Below are positions 49,002-58,334 of a stretch of DNA of 64,000 bases, one piece after another (position 1 is the stretch's first letter; the number at the start of each line of letters is the position of its first letter). Under the pieces are notes generated by a model, which did no database searches, had not been told where the DNA came from, and worked only from the letters and a program-made list of their open reading frames with translations. A program made the position numbers and the translations under genes. Source of the stretch: Polyangiaceae bacterium (GTDB lineage Bacteria > Myxococcota_A > Polyangia > Polyangiales > Polyangiaceae). The stretch is from the NCBI GenBank assembly GCA_050287085.1, contig JBNKBE010000014.1, forward strand, positions 113,109 to 177,108, read 5' to 3'.

Positions 49002-50351
49002 CTAGACCCCGGGACTCTCTGACCAACGAGCGCTTTCCAAAAATGCCCCGTAGAGCGCGACGATAGCCCGTTCGAAATCAGCAGGAACAACGCCGACGAT
49101 GATGTTCAATTCGCTTGCGCCCTGATTGATCACCCGCACGTTGACACGCGCGTCGCGCAGCGCGATGAACACCTTGGCGGCGATGCCTACACTTCGCGCC
49201 ATGCCCTCCCCGACAACCGCCACCAGGGCAAGTTCTTCTTCGACCTCGATCTTATCAGGCTGCAGCGCTTGCTGGATTTCCTGAAGTACGGCCTCCGTCT
49301 GCTCTTCCAGCTGCGCCCGATCGACGATGACGTTGATGCCATCGATGCTCGACGGGCAGTGCTCAACGCTGATGCCTCTGCGCTCGAATATGCCAAGCAA
49401 GCGGTGGGCAAAGCCCACCTCCTTGTTCATCAGGCTCTTTTCCAAACAGACCATCGCAAAGCCCCTCTTGCCCGCAATGCCGGCGATCTCCGTATTCTTG
49501 TCAACGGCGGGACTCAGGCGCGTCACGATGCGGGTGCCAGGCGCGTCCGGTTCGTTGGTGTTCTTGATGCAGATGGGAATGCCCACCTCACGCACGGGCA
49601 CTATCGCCTCATCGTGAAAGACGGATGCACCCATATACGAAAGCTCGCGGATCTCGCGATACGTCACCTCGAGCATCGGGCTCGGGCGCTCAACAATACG
49701 CGGATCGGCCATCAGTAGGCCGGACACATCGGTCCAGTTTTCGTAGAGCGATGCGTGCGCCGCCCGCGCCGCTATCGCTCCTGAAATGTCCGAGCCACCG
49801 CGAGAAAAGGTTCGCACCCGCCCATTGGCATCAGCCCCGTAGAAGCCCGGGACGACGTAGCGCTTGGATGGATCGGCCAAGCGCGCCCCGAGCAACTGAT
49901 AGGTGATGGGATCAACAACACCGTTGCTCTGAATGCGCACGCAGGACACCGGATCTACAAACTCCGCCTCCAGTAGAGCTGCCACGATCAGGCCATTGAG
50001 AAACTCGCCCCGCGAGGCGGCGAAGTCGCGGCTACAACCTTCGCGCAGAGCGTTCTCAAAGCGATCCAACTCGGAAGACACCTCGGTCTTGAGCCCCAGC
50101 TCTCGCTCGATGCCGAGATAGCGCTCCCTGAGCACCCCGACGATTCCGGAGAAGTCCGCGTGGAGTTCGGCCATCTCGTGAGAGAGATAGAGCAGGTCGG
50201 TCACCTTGGCTTCGTCCTTTGAGCGCTTGCCAGGGGCCGAGGGCACGACAATCGTACGGGCCGGGTCCGCAAGAACGATTTCGCGCACCTTGGTAAGCTG
50301 CGCCGCGCTGGCCACACTTGTACCCCCGAACTTACATACAACTCTTTCCAT
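49002..50351 (-). CDS. aspartate kinase (monofunctional, two ACT domains)
   Basis: KFGGTSVA, SAPGKR, TFSRGGSD, WTDVSG, RELSYMGA, ACT repeats; start moved to ATG 50351. Confidence 0.93.
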   Translation of the reverse strand: MERVVCKFGGTSVASAAQLTKVREIVLADPARTIVVPSAPGKRSKDEAKVTDLLYLSHEMAELHADFSGIVGVLRERYLGIERELGLKTEVSSELDRFENALREGCSRDFAASRGEFLNGLIVAALLEAEFVDPVSCVRIQSNGVVDPITYQLLGARLADPSKRYVVPGFYGADANGRVRTFSRGGSDISGAIAARAAHASLYENWTDVSGLLMADPRIVERPSPMLEVTYREIRELSYMGASVFHDEAIVPVREVGIPICIKNTNEPDAPGTRIVTRLSPAVDKNTEIAGIAGKRGFAMVCLEKSLMNKEVGFAHRLLGIFERRGISVEHCPSSIDGINVIVDRAQLEEQTEAVLQEIQQALQPDKIEVEEELALVAVVGEGMARSVGIAAKVFIALRDARVNVRVINQGASELNIIVGVVPADFERAIVALYGAFLESARWSESPGV

Positions 50352-50480
50352 GGTATTCCTTTGCGACGAAGACCCGCGAGCGAGCACCTACGCGTCGCCG
50401 TGGAGATGCAACTCAGCGGAGCGACACGTCGCGGGATAGCCCGCACATAGCTGACAACGAAGAGAGCTAGCGGCTGTGGG

Positions 50481-52304
50481 TCAAAGCTCCGCCAACCGGC
50501 GGAGTGCTAGCTCGTGGGCCTGGTGATAGGCAACCCCAAGCGTGCGCCAATCGAAGGATCGGGAGTGGGCTTCGACCGAATTCCGCAAACTGATACGCTG
50601 TCTGCGACTGTAGCGACAAAACGCCAGCAGACGGTTTGCCAACTCGCGTGCAGAAGAACGAAAATCCTGGTCGCGACGTCCCAAAACGGTGATCCCGTGG
50701 CGGTCATGATCAGGATGCACGTCGGCGAGATAGCGTCCAAAGCCACTGAGGTCACTGGTGATAGCTGGAACCCCCATGCAGACGCATTCCAGGGGAGTGT
50801 AACCCCACGGCTCGTAGCTACTGGGAAAGATGCCCAAGTGGCAGCCGCGAACAAACTGTTCGTACTCGATGTGCCACAGCGGATTCACAGAGTTGATGAA
50901 CTGCGGATGGTAGACTACCTTCACGCGATCTGCTTCTGCATTGTTGAGCCCAAGCTCGGCCAACTGACGCATGATCGGATCTTGGTCTGACTCTGCAAGA
51001 ACATGCGTGGTCTGCAGCGGCAAGTCCTTCGACTTGAACGCGTATGCAGTTCGCCGAAAACGTACCGTCCAATACGGATCCGCGATGTCGTCCAAGCTGG
51101 GGGTGCGGCCGCGAGCCCCCTCCAGAAAGAGATGCTCTGCCACCCCCGACGCGATCCGCGACGACACGTCTGCCAGCTCGTCCAGGATACCTCTGGCGTT
51201 GAGTGCGTGAGGATTGAGGGACTGCACGGGCTGGCTGGTGATGATGAAGAAGATGACCGTACGGTCCAGCCCCGACAGCTTGAGTTCTTCGTTGAGCCGC
51301 GCCATGGCCGCCAGACATAAGTCAAAGCCCTTGTTGTGGGGCTCGAAACGACCACTCGTGAAGAAGCAAAGAGTGGCGTCCAGGTCGAACGAGTAGCTCG
51401 GAAAGAAGTGCCCCATCACGAAGCGACGAATCGCTCGCTGATATTGCGCATGCAGGGTCTGGAACTCGTGCCCCACTTCATAGCGATCGGTGTTGATGCC
51501 GTTTGGTGTTACGACGTCGGGAGTGCGTCCCAGAAGGTGAGTACACTCCTCCCCCGTGATCGGCGAGACGGTCGTGAAGACCTCGGCTTTGCGGGCACAC
51601 ACGCATTCAATCTGGTGCTGCGTCTTTATTCCGAAGTGCTCGGCCTGCGCACTGGCGTCGATGGACTCCAGCTGCGAATAGAGGTCGTCGCTGCTGGATG
51701 CGATGTAGCGGCCAATGAGCGTCGCGTGAGTCGTGAACACCGTCGCGGCGGGAACGCCATCGCGACGAAGCAGGGGAATCGCCACGGCGCCCTGCCACTC
51801 GTGAAAATGGGCCAGCAAACGCCCCGACCCCTCGACGCCACACCAGCGACGCCACGTCGCGGAAACGAGCCTGGACGCCACCCAACCGAAGCTGATCGCG
51901 CCGTCGATCAACGCATCCTTCGGGGGAGACTCAATCTGAAAGTCTCGCCAGAGCTCGTGCTTCAACTCGTCCAGCCGCTGCTGGCGAATGTCAAACTCGA
52001 GTAGAATGACCCGCGGTCGCCTGGCGACCAGCCAGCGACCGTAGTGGGCAACAATCCCCTCTCGCGCCAAGTCGTCCAGCACCTCCGCCAGCAATGGGGG
52101 AGGTGTCGCCGGCTCGAAGTCCATGGCCGCCTTGTCTGGCACATAGGGGCCCACGACGTGGTAGTTGTCCCCCCAACTGTCCATCATCAGCGAAGCCTTC
52201 GAACGAAGGACCTGGTATATGCCCCCCACCTGATTGCAGACCTCCCACGCCACCTCCAAGAGTGCGGTGTCACTTGGCGCGCGGTAGGGGATGCTCGAAT
52301 CCAT
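50481..52304 (-). CDS. GT3-family (eukaryote-type) glycogen synthase
   Basis: EVAWEVCNQVGGIY, HFHEWQ, FTTHATLIGR, FTTVSPIT..EC, GRFEPHNKG, RGCHLGIFPSSYEPWGYTPLEC, SDLSGFG. Confidence 0.9.
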   Translation of the reverse strand: MDSSIPYRAPSDTALLEVAWEVCNQVGGIYQVLRSKASLMMDSWGDNYHVVGPYVPDKAAMDFEPATPPPLLAEVLDDLAREGIVAHYGRWLVARRPRVILLEFDIRQQRLDELKHELWRDFQIESPPKDALIDGAISFGWVASRLVSATWRRWCGVEGSGRLLAHFHEWQGAVAIPLLRRDGVPAATVFTTHATLIGRYIASSSDDLYSQLESIDASAQAEHFGIKTQHQIECVCARKAEVFTTVSPITGEECTHLLGRTPDVVTPNGINTDRYEVGHEFQTLHAQYQRAIRRFVMGHFFPSYSFDLDATLCFFTSGRFEPHNKGFDLCLAAMARLNEELKLSGLDRTVIFFIITSQPVQSLNPHALNARGILDELADVSSRIASGVAEHLFLEGARGRTPSLDDIADPYWTVRFRRTAYAFKSKDLPLQTTHVLAESDQDPIMRQLAELGLNNAEADRVKVVYHPQFINSVNPLWHIEYEQFVRGCHLGIFPSSYEPWGYTPLECVCMGVPAITSDLSGFGRYLADVHPDHDRHGITVLGRRDQDFRSSARELANRLLAFCRYSRRQRISLRNSVEAHSRSFDWRTLGVAYHQAHELALRRLAEL

Positions 52305-52867
52305 TGTCGTTCCTTAGCGTTCGCATCTGTTCAGACCCGCCGGTCAACGCGGGTGCGTGGTGCCATTCTATCCTGCTGACGATTCGTAACGCATCACAAG
52401 TCCCGGTGCACGCGCGAAAGCGCGCTTCCTTGCCTTGCCAAAGGACGACGACGCGGGCGCCCGAGCGTAGCCGGAACGGCCCCGCGGTGCCTTGATGCAA
52501 ATCACCCCACCCCGCGCCCGATACTCGGCTCGGTCACCTGCCGCTGGGGTCCGGGTGGGCCCGGCCAGGGCCCAGCAGTCGGCCGCGCCTCAGCCCCCCG
52601 GGGCTGCCGGAGAGACTGACGGTCACGTATTAACACACAGCGCCCTCACCGAAGAAGGGACATGCATCCGCTGCTCGCTCGACCCACGGTGAGCGGACCT
52701 CGAACGCCGAGCTGGCCGCAGCGCAGGCATCGCGGGCTGCGGCCAGCTCGCTTGGTTCGTCCCCACGCAATAGCAGCCGGGGAACTCAGAGTCTCCATAT
52801 GCGCACGCACCAAAGCGCTCGCGAACACGGCAAGCCCAGGCGGCAAGCATGCCGCCCGCTCGCTGGC

Positions 52868-52896
52868 GCGACGCTCCGCTCGGCGCGGAGCGTCGC
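52868..52896 (-). terminator. 12-bp perfect hairpin just downstream of pgk (terminator or 3' stabiliser, no U-tract)
   Basis: GCGACGCTCCGC-TCGGC-GCGGAGCGTCGC, 5 nt beyond the pgk stop. Confidence 0.5.
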
Positions 52897-52901
52897 TGAC
52901 C

Positions 52902-54122
52902 TCACGCCTTGTCGCTGAGGAAGGCGACCCCAGGCAGATTCTTGCCTTCCAGCAACTCCAGCGACGCTCCGCCGCCGGTCGAAACGTGGCTGACCTTCGC
53001 ATCGACGCCGAACTTCTTGGCAGCCGTAGCAGTGTCCCCGCCGCCAATAATGGTGCTCGCCCCCGCTGCCGTCGCTTCGGCGACCGCTGCCGCGAGCGCC
53101 CGCGTCCCCCCAGCGAAAATGTCGAACTCGAAGACCCCGACCGGACCGTTCCAAACAACGGTCTTGGCGCGTTTGGCGACCTCCGCGAAGAGTTCGCGGC
53201 TCTTCGGACCGCAATCCAACCCTTCAAGAGTCTCAGGGATCCCGGACTCAACCGTCGCTACGCCCACATTGGCGTTGGGACTGAAGTCGTCCCCTGTGAT
53301 GAAGTCAACGGGGAGGTGCAACTTGACGCCTCGTGCATCCGCCTTCTCCTTGAGCTTGCCAACGATTTTCGCGCCTTCGGGATCGTAGAGGCTCTTGCCG
53401 ATCGCCATGCCCTCGAGCTCCTTGAGGAAGGTGTACGCCATGCCTCCGCCGACGATCATTTCGTCCACCTTGTCGAGCAGGTTCTCGATGAGCTGTATCT
53501 TGTCGGCCACCTTGGCACCGCCCAAGATGGCGAGGAATGGTCGATCCGGCTCTGACAACGCCTTCCCAAAGTAGGCAAGCTCTTTCTGCAACAGAAAGCC
53601 GGCAGCCCGCTGGGGTAGCTCCACCCCCACCATTGACGAATGAGCGCGATGAGCGGTTCCGAAAGCGTCGTTGACGTACACGTCTCCAAGCTTGGAAAGC
53701 GAGGCGCGGAACGCAGCCACGTCGGCCTCGCTTGCACCTTTGCCCTCTTCCTCGGCGTGGAATCGGAGATTCTCCAAGAGGACCACCTCGCCTGGCTCCA
53801 GCTTGGCGCAGCGTGCTTCAACGTCGGCCCCGACGCAGTCGCTCAAGAAATCCACGGGGCGCCCCAGCAGCCCCCCAAGTGCTTCTGCCACGGGCTTCAG
53901 GGAAAACTCTGGAGTCGGCTTACCCTTGGGACGCCCTAGGTGGCTCATCAACACCACCGCAGCCCCCTGCTCGAGAGCGTATTTGATCGTGGGCAACGCC
54001 TCATCGATTCGGGCCGTGTTGGTGATGGTCGACCCCTGCATCGGAACATTGAAATCAACGCGCATGAGGACGCGCTTTCCGGCGAGGCTCAGGTCCGAAA
54101 TACTAAGTTTGTTGAAAGACAT
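52902..54122 (-). CDS. pgk: phosphoglycerate kinase (eukaryote-like clade)
   Basis: [54 protein letters not shown]. Confidence 0.98.
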   Translation of the reverse strand: MSFNKLSISDLSLAGKRVLMRVDFNVPMQGSTITNTARIDEALPTIKYALEQGAAVVLMSHLGRPKGKPTPEFSLKPVAEALGGLLGRPVDFLSDCVGADVEARCAKLEPGEVVLLENLRFHAEEEGKGASEADVAAFRASLSKLGDVYVNDAFGTAHRAHSSMVGVELPQRAAGFLLQKELAYFGKALSEPDRPFLAILGGAKVADKIQLIENLLDKVDEMIVGGGMAYTFLKELEGMAIGKSLYDPEGAKIVGKLKEKADARGVKLHLPVDFITGDDFSPNANVGVATVESGIPETLEGLDCGPKSRELFAEVAKRAKTVVWNGPVGVFEFDIFAGGTRALAAAVAEATAAGASTIIGGGDTATAAKKFGVDAKVSHVSTGGGASLELLEGKNLPGVAFLSDKA

Positions 54123-54633
54123 GACGGGTCTCCAGAAGGCAATTGATGGCCCGGCAGCGCCAAGCCGGGCGACGGTCTAGCGGGACGGGTAGTTGCAAAC
54201 GTGCGCGCGCAGCGTAGCAAAGCCGGCCACACACGCGGAAGTCCAGGCGAAGCCAAGGCGGGAGCGCCCCAGCGCCCGGTCGGCCCCTCACCTCCCTCGA
54301 GCGCCCCGACTGCGTTTGGGCCTCGGATGCCCCGCTCCAACGCCAGGCCAGTCCCGGCGGCCGAGACTTTGTAGGCCGCTCGACCGATAGCGTTCTGTAC
54401 GATCACCTCCCCGGGGCTAGAATCGGCCAAAGGGCCGCCGTAGTGGATCCGAGCTGGCCTGCTGGCACGGCAACGCCAAGTACACACTTCGGCGCCCACG
54501 CCCGCGAAACAACTATGTGTTTCTCGGTGGTTGTCACGACGTACTGAAGTCAACGCTACAGGTAGGGCAGCAAGTTTGCGCCTTGCGTGCCACAGCTGAA
54601 CCCTACCGGCTGAACTCGGCGCTTCTGCGACCC

Positions 54634-54661
54634 TTGCATAGCGCGCGCAGCGCGCTATGCT
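54634..54661 (+). promoter_or_regulatory. promoter TTGCAT-16 bp-TATGCT embedded in a 10-bp-arm inverted repeat
   Basis: GCATAGCGCG-cgcag-CGCGCTATGC (54636-54660) overlaps both hexamers. Confidence 0.55.
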
Positions 54662-54667
54662 CAACCC

Positions 54668-54756
54668 GTCGCCAATGGCGATCTCCTCCTGTCCTAATCC
54701 CTGCGTTTCACGATTCGCGAAGGGGCTCGGTGCACACCGGGCCCCTTCGTTTTTTT
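54668..54756 (+). ncRNA. candidate trans-acting small RNA (~90 nt) with anti-SD CUCCUCCU seed
   Basis: Promoter 6 nt upstream, 5' hairpin GTCGCC-AAT-GGCGAT, CTCCTCCT at 54683-54690, intrinsic terminator; both flanking genes are on the minus strand. Confidence 0.6.
54717..54756 (+). terminator. Rho-independent terminator
   Basis: GCGAAGGGGCTCGGT-GCAC-ACCGGGCCCCTTCGT stem followed by a T7 run. Confidence 0.85.
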
Positions 54757-54983
54757 GTGGTTCGTCTTGTGGGCAAACCCCTGCTTCTGAGGCGCCCCCG
54801 CGTGGTTTCGAGGCGAGCCGCCGCATCGGGTAGACCGGGCCCCGCCGTATCGGAAGGCCAGCAGCCGACGGCCGAGGAAAGGGCCCGTCGGGCACTGGAA
54901 AAGCCCTTCTTTTCGCGCTCTTGCCCATCCCGGGCGACGGCCTTGGCCGGTTGCGCCGGTCGCCCCCGATGCGCGGGTAGCGG

Positions 54984-55032
54984 CGGCTACGGCACGGCTA
55001 CGGCACAGCGGCTACGGCACAGCGGCTACGGC
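54984..55032. repeat. short tandem repeat, core CGGCTACGGC x4, spanning the dapB stop codon
   Basis: One 11-bp unit, two 14-bp units and a partial unit; on the minus strand each contains CCGTAG. Confidence 0.85.
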
Positions 55033-55811
55033 GCCCCGAGAACGTCACCGATCTCGTAGCGTCCCGCGGCCCTACCGCACATCCACCTCGCAGCCCGCAG
55101 AGCCCCGTGAGCAAAGACCTCGCGATTGGTGGCCCGGTGCGTCAGCTCAAGACGTTCACCCGGACCCAGCAAGAACACCGTATGATCGCCTGCTACGTCC
55201 CCCCCACGCAGGCCGAATACGCCCAGCTCCGTATCGCTCCGCTTGCCCACCTGACCACTGCGCGCAAGCAGTGGCTCAAGCTCAGGACGAGCGGCGCGGG
55301 CGGCATCCGCGAGGCGCAGCGCCGTGCCACTCGGCGCATCAACCTTGGCCCGGTGATGAATGTCCAGAATCTCTACGTCGTAGTCCGCACCCAATCGCGC
55401 AACGGCTTGCTGCACAAGTTCCGCCAAGACGTGAACACCAAGACTCATATTGCGGGCCCACAGAACGCCGATCTTTTCCGACGCACGCTGCAACGCCTCC
55501 TCATCACTCAACGTGAGCCCGGTGGTTCCAACGACTACAGGTACACGCTCCGCCACGGCCGCATGCAGGAAGGGTCTAACAGCGGCTGGCAACGAAAAGT
55601 CGATCGCGACGTCGGCCCCCGCAAGGGCTGCCCCCACGTCGGCACTCACCGCAACCCCCAGCGTCCCAACCCCGGCAAGCTCTCCGATGTCGCGCCCTTC
55701 CATTTCCGGCTCTGCCGAGGCGCCCACGAGCTCGATGTCAGGTGCGGCCGCAGCCAGCCGCACAATCGCTTTGCCCATCCGTCCCGTGGCACCGTTGACT
55801 GCAAGCTTCAT
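55026..55811 (-). CDS. dapB: 4-hydroxy-tetrahydrodipicolinate reductase
   Basis: GATGRMG, IDFS, VGTTG, HHRAKVDAPSGTA, RGGDVAGDH, FAHGA. Confidence 0.96.
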   Translation of the reverse strand: MKLAVNGATGRMGKAIVRLAAAAPDIELVGASAEPEMEGRDIGELAGVGTLGVAVSADVGAALAGADVAIDFSLPAAVRPFLHAAVAERVPVVVGTTGLTLSDEEALQRASEKIGVLWARNMSLGVHVLAELVQQAVARLGADYDVEILDIHHRAKVDAPSGTALRLADAARAARPELEPLLARSGQVGKRSDTELGVFGLRGGDVAGDHTVFLLGPGERLELTHRATNREVFAHGALRAARWMCGRAAGRYEIGDVLGAP

Positions 55812-55950
55812 GCGCCTGCCTTCCTACGAGATGGCGCCCTGCTTTTCAACCGGCTCGATCGCTGAGTTCACGCTCGGCACACGTCTCCAACAAGCGCGAG
55901 TCTGGGAGTTGACGCCGCGGCGAAAAACCGTGAAACCGCTTGCTACTTCC

Positions 55951-56949
55951 ATGACGAACTCCAATCGCTTCGCACTCACCGGCATCGGCAACGCCATCGT
56001 AGATGTCATCAGCGCCGTCCCCGACGAATTCATTCAGCAAGAAGGACTCGAGAAGGGGAGCATGACCCTCGTCGACGAGGCACGCGCGGCGGCGCTCTAC
56101 GCCAAGCTGCCCAACACCGAGGAGCAATCGGGCGGCTCCGCGGGCAATACGATGGCGGGCTTCGCGGCACTGGGCGGACGTGGTGCCTATGTTGGGAAAG
56201 TTCGAAACGACGCGCTTGGAGACGCCTTCGCTCGAGACATCCGGGAAGTCGGGGTCCACTTCGTCACGCCGGCGGCTCTCACGGGCGCAACGACGGCGCG
56301 CTGCCTCATCGCTGTGACTCCAGACGCACAGCGAACGATGAGCACCTTTCTGGGCGCCTGTGTCGGCCTCGGTCCGGAGGACATTGATGAACTGTTGATC
56401 GCAAGCAGTGATGTCACCTACTTGGAGGGCTATCTGTGGGACCCGCCGCGTGCCAAGGAAGCGTTCATCAAAGCTAGCAATATCGCTCACGAGGCCGGCA
56501 ATCAAGTTGCACTCACGCTTAGCGATCCGTTCTGTGTTGAGCGCCATCGCGCTGAGTTTCTCAATCTTGTCCGCGATCACGTCGACATACTGTTCGCCAA
56601 CGAAAGCGAGATTCAGGCCCTGTACCGACGTGAGCGCTTCGAAGATGCCGTGCGCGAGGTACGGAGCCACTGCAAGCACGCCGTGCTGACGCGCTCGGAG
56701 AAGGGTGCCGTGGTTACGGACGGGGATGCCTTGTGTGAAGTCGCAGCCGCGCACGTTGCCCAAGTAGTAGACACAACAGGCGCCGGAGACCTATTTGCTG
56801 CCGGCTTCTTGTTTGGCTACACGCACGACGCTCCCCTCGCAGAATGCGCCCGCCTGGGTGCGCAGGCCGCAGCGGAAGTCATAAGCCACTTTGGCGCGCG
56901 CCCTCAGACAGACCTCAAGCAATACGTGCAGCGCGGCGCAAAGAGCTGA
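55951..56949 (+). CDS. PfkB-family kinase, adenosine kinase-like
   Basis: GIGNAIVD, GGSAGNT, RTMSTFLGA, LEGYLWD, FANESE, DTTGAGDLFAAGF; start moved to ATG 55951. Confidence 0.9.
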   Translation: MTNSNRFALTGIGNAIVDVISAVPDEFIQQEGLEKGSMTLVDEARAAALYAKLPNTEEQSGGSAGNTMAGFAALGGRGAYVGKVRNDALGDAFARDIREVGVHFVTPAALTGATTARCLIAVTPDAQRTMSTFLGACVGLGPEDIDELLIASSDVTYLEGYLWDPPRAKEAFIKASNIAHEAGNQVALTLSDPFCVERHRAEFLNLVRDHVDILFANESEIQALYRRERFEDAVREVRSHCKHAVLTRSEKGAVVTDGDALCEVAAAHVAQVVDTTGAGDLFAAGFLFGYTHDAPLAECARLGAQAAAEVISHFGARPQTDLKQYVQRGAKS

Positions 56950-57025
56950 ACACGCAATGGGGCCCTCGTTTGACCGTCACGGGCACCAGCGCTGCGGCGC
57001 CGTTGCCCGTTCCACGCGAATAGTC

Positions 57026-58333
57026 CTAAGCTCGCTCGAAAGCGGCCATGAAATAGCCGTCCGTACCGTGTTCACCCGGAAGCAAGCGGAGGTGAGTGGC
57101 CCCGGCTGGTACCACCTGATGCGGATCAGCCGCCAATCTGGCGGGCGCTAGCACATCGGCCACGCGGGCGACCACCTCCTCACATTCGCGGTGGAGCACG
57201 CTGCAGACGACAAACAACAGCTGCCCCGTGGGGGCCAGATGCTTGGCCGTCTCCCGAAGAATTCGCTCGGACAAGCTCGCTAAGCGCTCCACGTCTTGCG
57301 CCTCCAGGCGCAGCGCGATCTCGGGCCTGCGTCTCAAGGTGCCGCTCCCCGTGCAGGGACAATCGACCAAGATCCGATCGAAGTCCCTGGGCACGCCTGC
57401 TTCCGCGGCGGCTCCTGGAACAGCCCAATCAACCGCCCGCGTCTGAGCCGGCATGAGCTTCAGGCGCGCCAGCTCGTCCCCAAGTGCCGCCAGCTTCTTG
57501 GGAGCGATATCCGTCGCCCACAGTTCCCCATCGCCGGCCAACGCCTCAGCCAGCTGTGATGTCTTCTGCCCCCTGCCCGCGCAGGCATCGAGAACACGCA
57601 TCGTCGGCTTCGCGCACAACCGTTCACCCGCGAACTGGGCCCCCTCCTCCTGTACCACGAAGTGTCCGGCACGGTGACCTGGCGCTGAGCGCAGGTCTCC
57701 AGCGCGTTCATAGCGAAAGGCCCGCGACGCGATCCTCCCTGGGACTCCACCTGGCGGCCGCGCGGTATCCGGCGCAGTCTCTAGCATCCGAATGCACTGC
57801 ACGTGACCCCCTGACAGCGGCTCGGCGAGGTCACTGAGCCCCCACAGCGCCAATGCGGCCCGCTCTCCCACTGCACGCGTCATCTCTTCACGCAGCCATG
57901 AAGGCACTCCGGCCTCGATCGCGGCTTGGGGAGAGCGCTTGGCACTTCGGCTTATCTTTCTGAGTACGGCATTGGCGAAGCCGGCAACGCGCTCACCGCG
58001 CAGTCGCTTGACGGCACTGACCGCTTCATCAACCGCCGCAAACGCAGGGATTCGCTCTAGCAGTAGCAGCTGATACGAGGCCACTAACAGATGAACACGT
58101 ACCACCTTGTCACTAATGCCTCGAGGTGCGTGGCGCTCAATCTCCTGGGTCAAGAAGGCGTGCGTTCTAACCGTCCCGTACACCAGCTCGGTGCACAGAG
58201 CGCGATCGGGTGCCGCGAACCCACTCTCCGCCAATTTCTTGTTTAGGGCGGCGGCCGCAAAGGCACCTTCGAAGAGCACCGCCATAACGACCTCAGCGGC
58301 TGCGCTGCGCACCTGTTGTTGTCCGGTCCCCAT
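57026..58333 (-). CDS. rsmB: 16S rRNA m5C967 methyltransferase RsmB/Sun (NusB-like + SAM domain)
   Basis: TELVYGTVR, GFANAVLR, DACAGRGQKT, LVDCPCTGSGTLRRRPE, VCS, TDGYF. Confidence 0.88.
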   Translation of the reverse strand: MGTGQQQVRSAAAEVVMAVLFEGAFAAAALNKKLAESGFAAPDRALCTELVYGTVRTHAFLTQEIERHAPRGISDKVVRVHLLVASYQLLLLERIPAFAAVDEAVSAVKRLRGERVAGFANAVLRKISRSAKRSPQAAIEAGVPSWLREEMTRAVGERAALALWGLSDLAEPLSGGHVQCIRMLETAPDTARPPGGVPGRIASRAFRYERAGDLRSAPGHRAGHFVVQEEGAQFAGERLCAKPTMRVLDACAGRGQKTSQLAEALAGDGELWATDIAPKKLAALGDELARLKLMPAQTRAVDWAVPGAAAEAGVPRDFDRILVDCPCTGSGTLRRRPEIALRLEAQDVERLASLSERILRETAKHLAPTGQLLFVVCSVLHRECEEVVARVADVLAPARLAADPHQVVPAGATHLRLLPGEHGTDGYFMAAFERA

Positions 58334-58334
58334 A

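Noticed and set aside
52500..52630. GC-rich nested hairpins upstream of glycogen synthase as a riboswitch or SRP RNA
   Set aside because: No conserved motif of a known RNA family recognised; hairpins are expected by chance at this GC content. An Rfam scan would settle it
9503..55032. CRISPR array from the short repeats at 9503, 16009 and 54984
   Set aside because: The repeats are directly adjacent with no unique spacers, and no cas genes are present
54089..55059. 279-aa (minus) and 180-aa (plus) ORFs across the pgk-dapB gap
   Set aside because: No motifs or SD; they run through the strong terminator hairpin; the sRNA interpretation fits better
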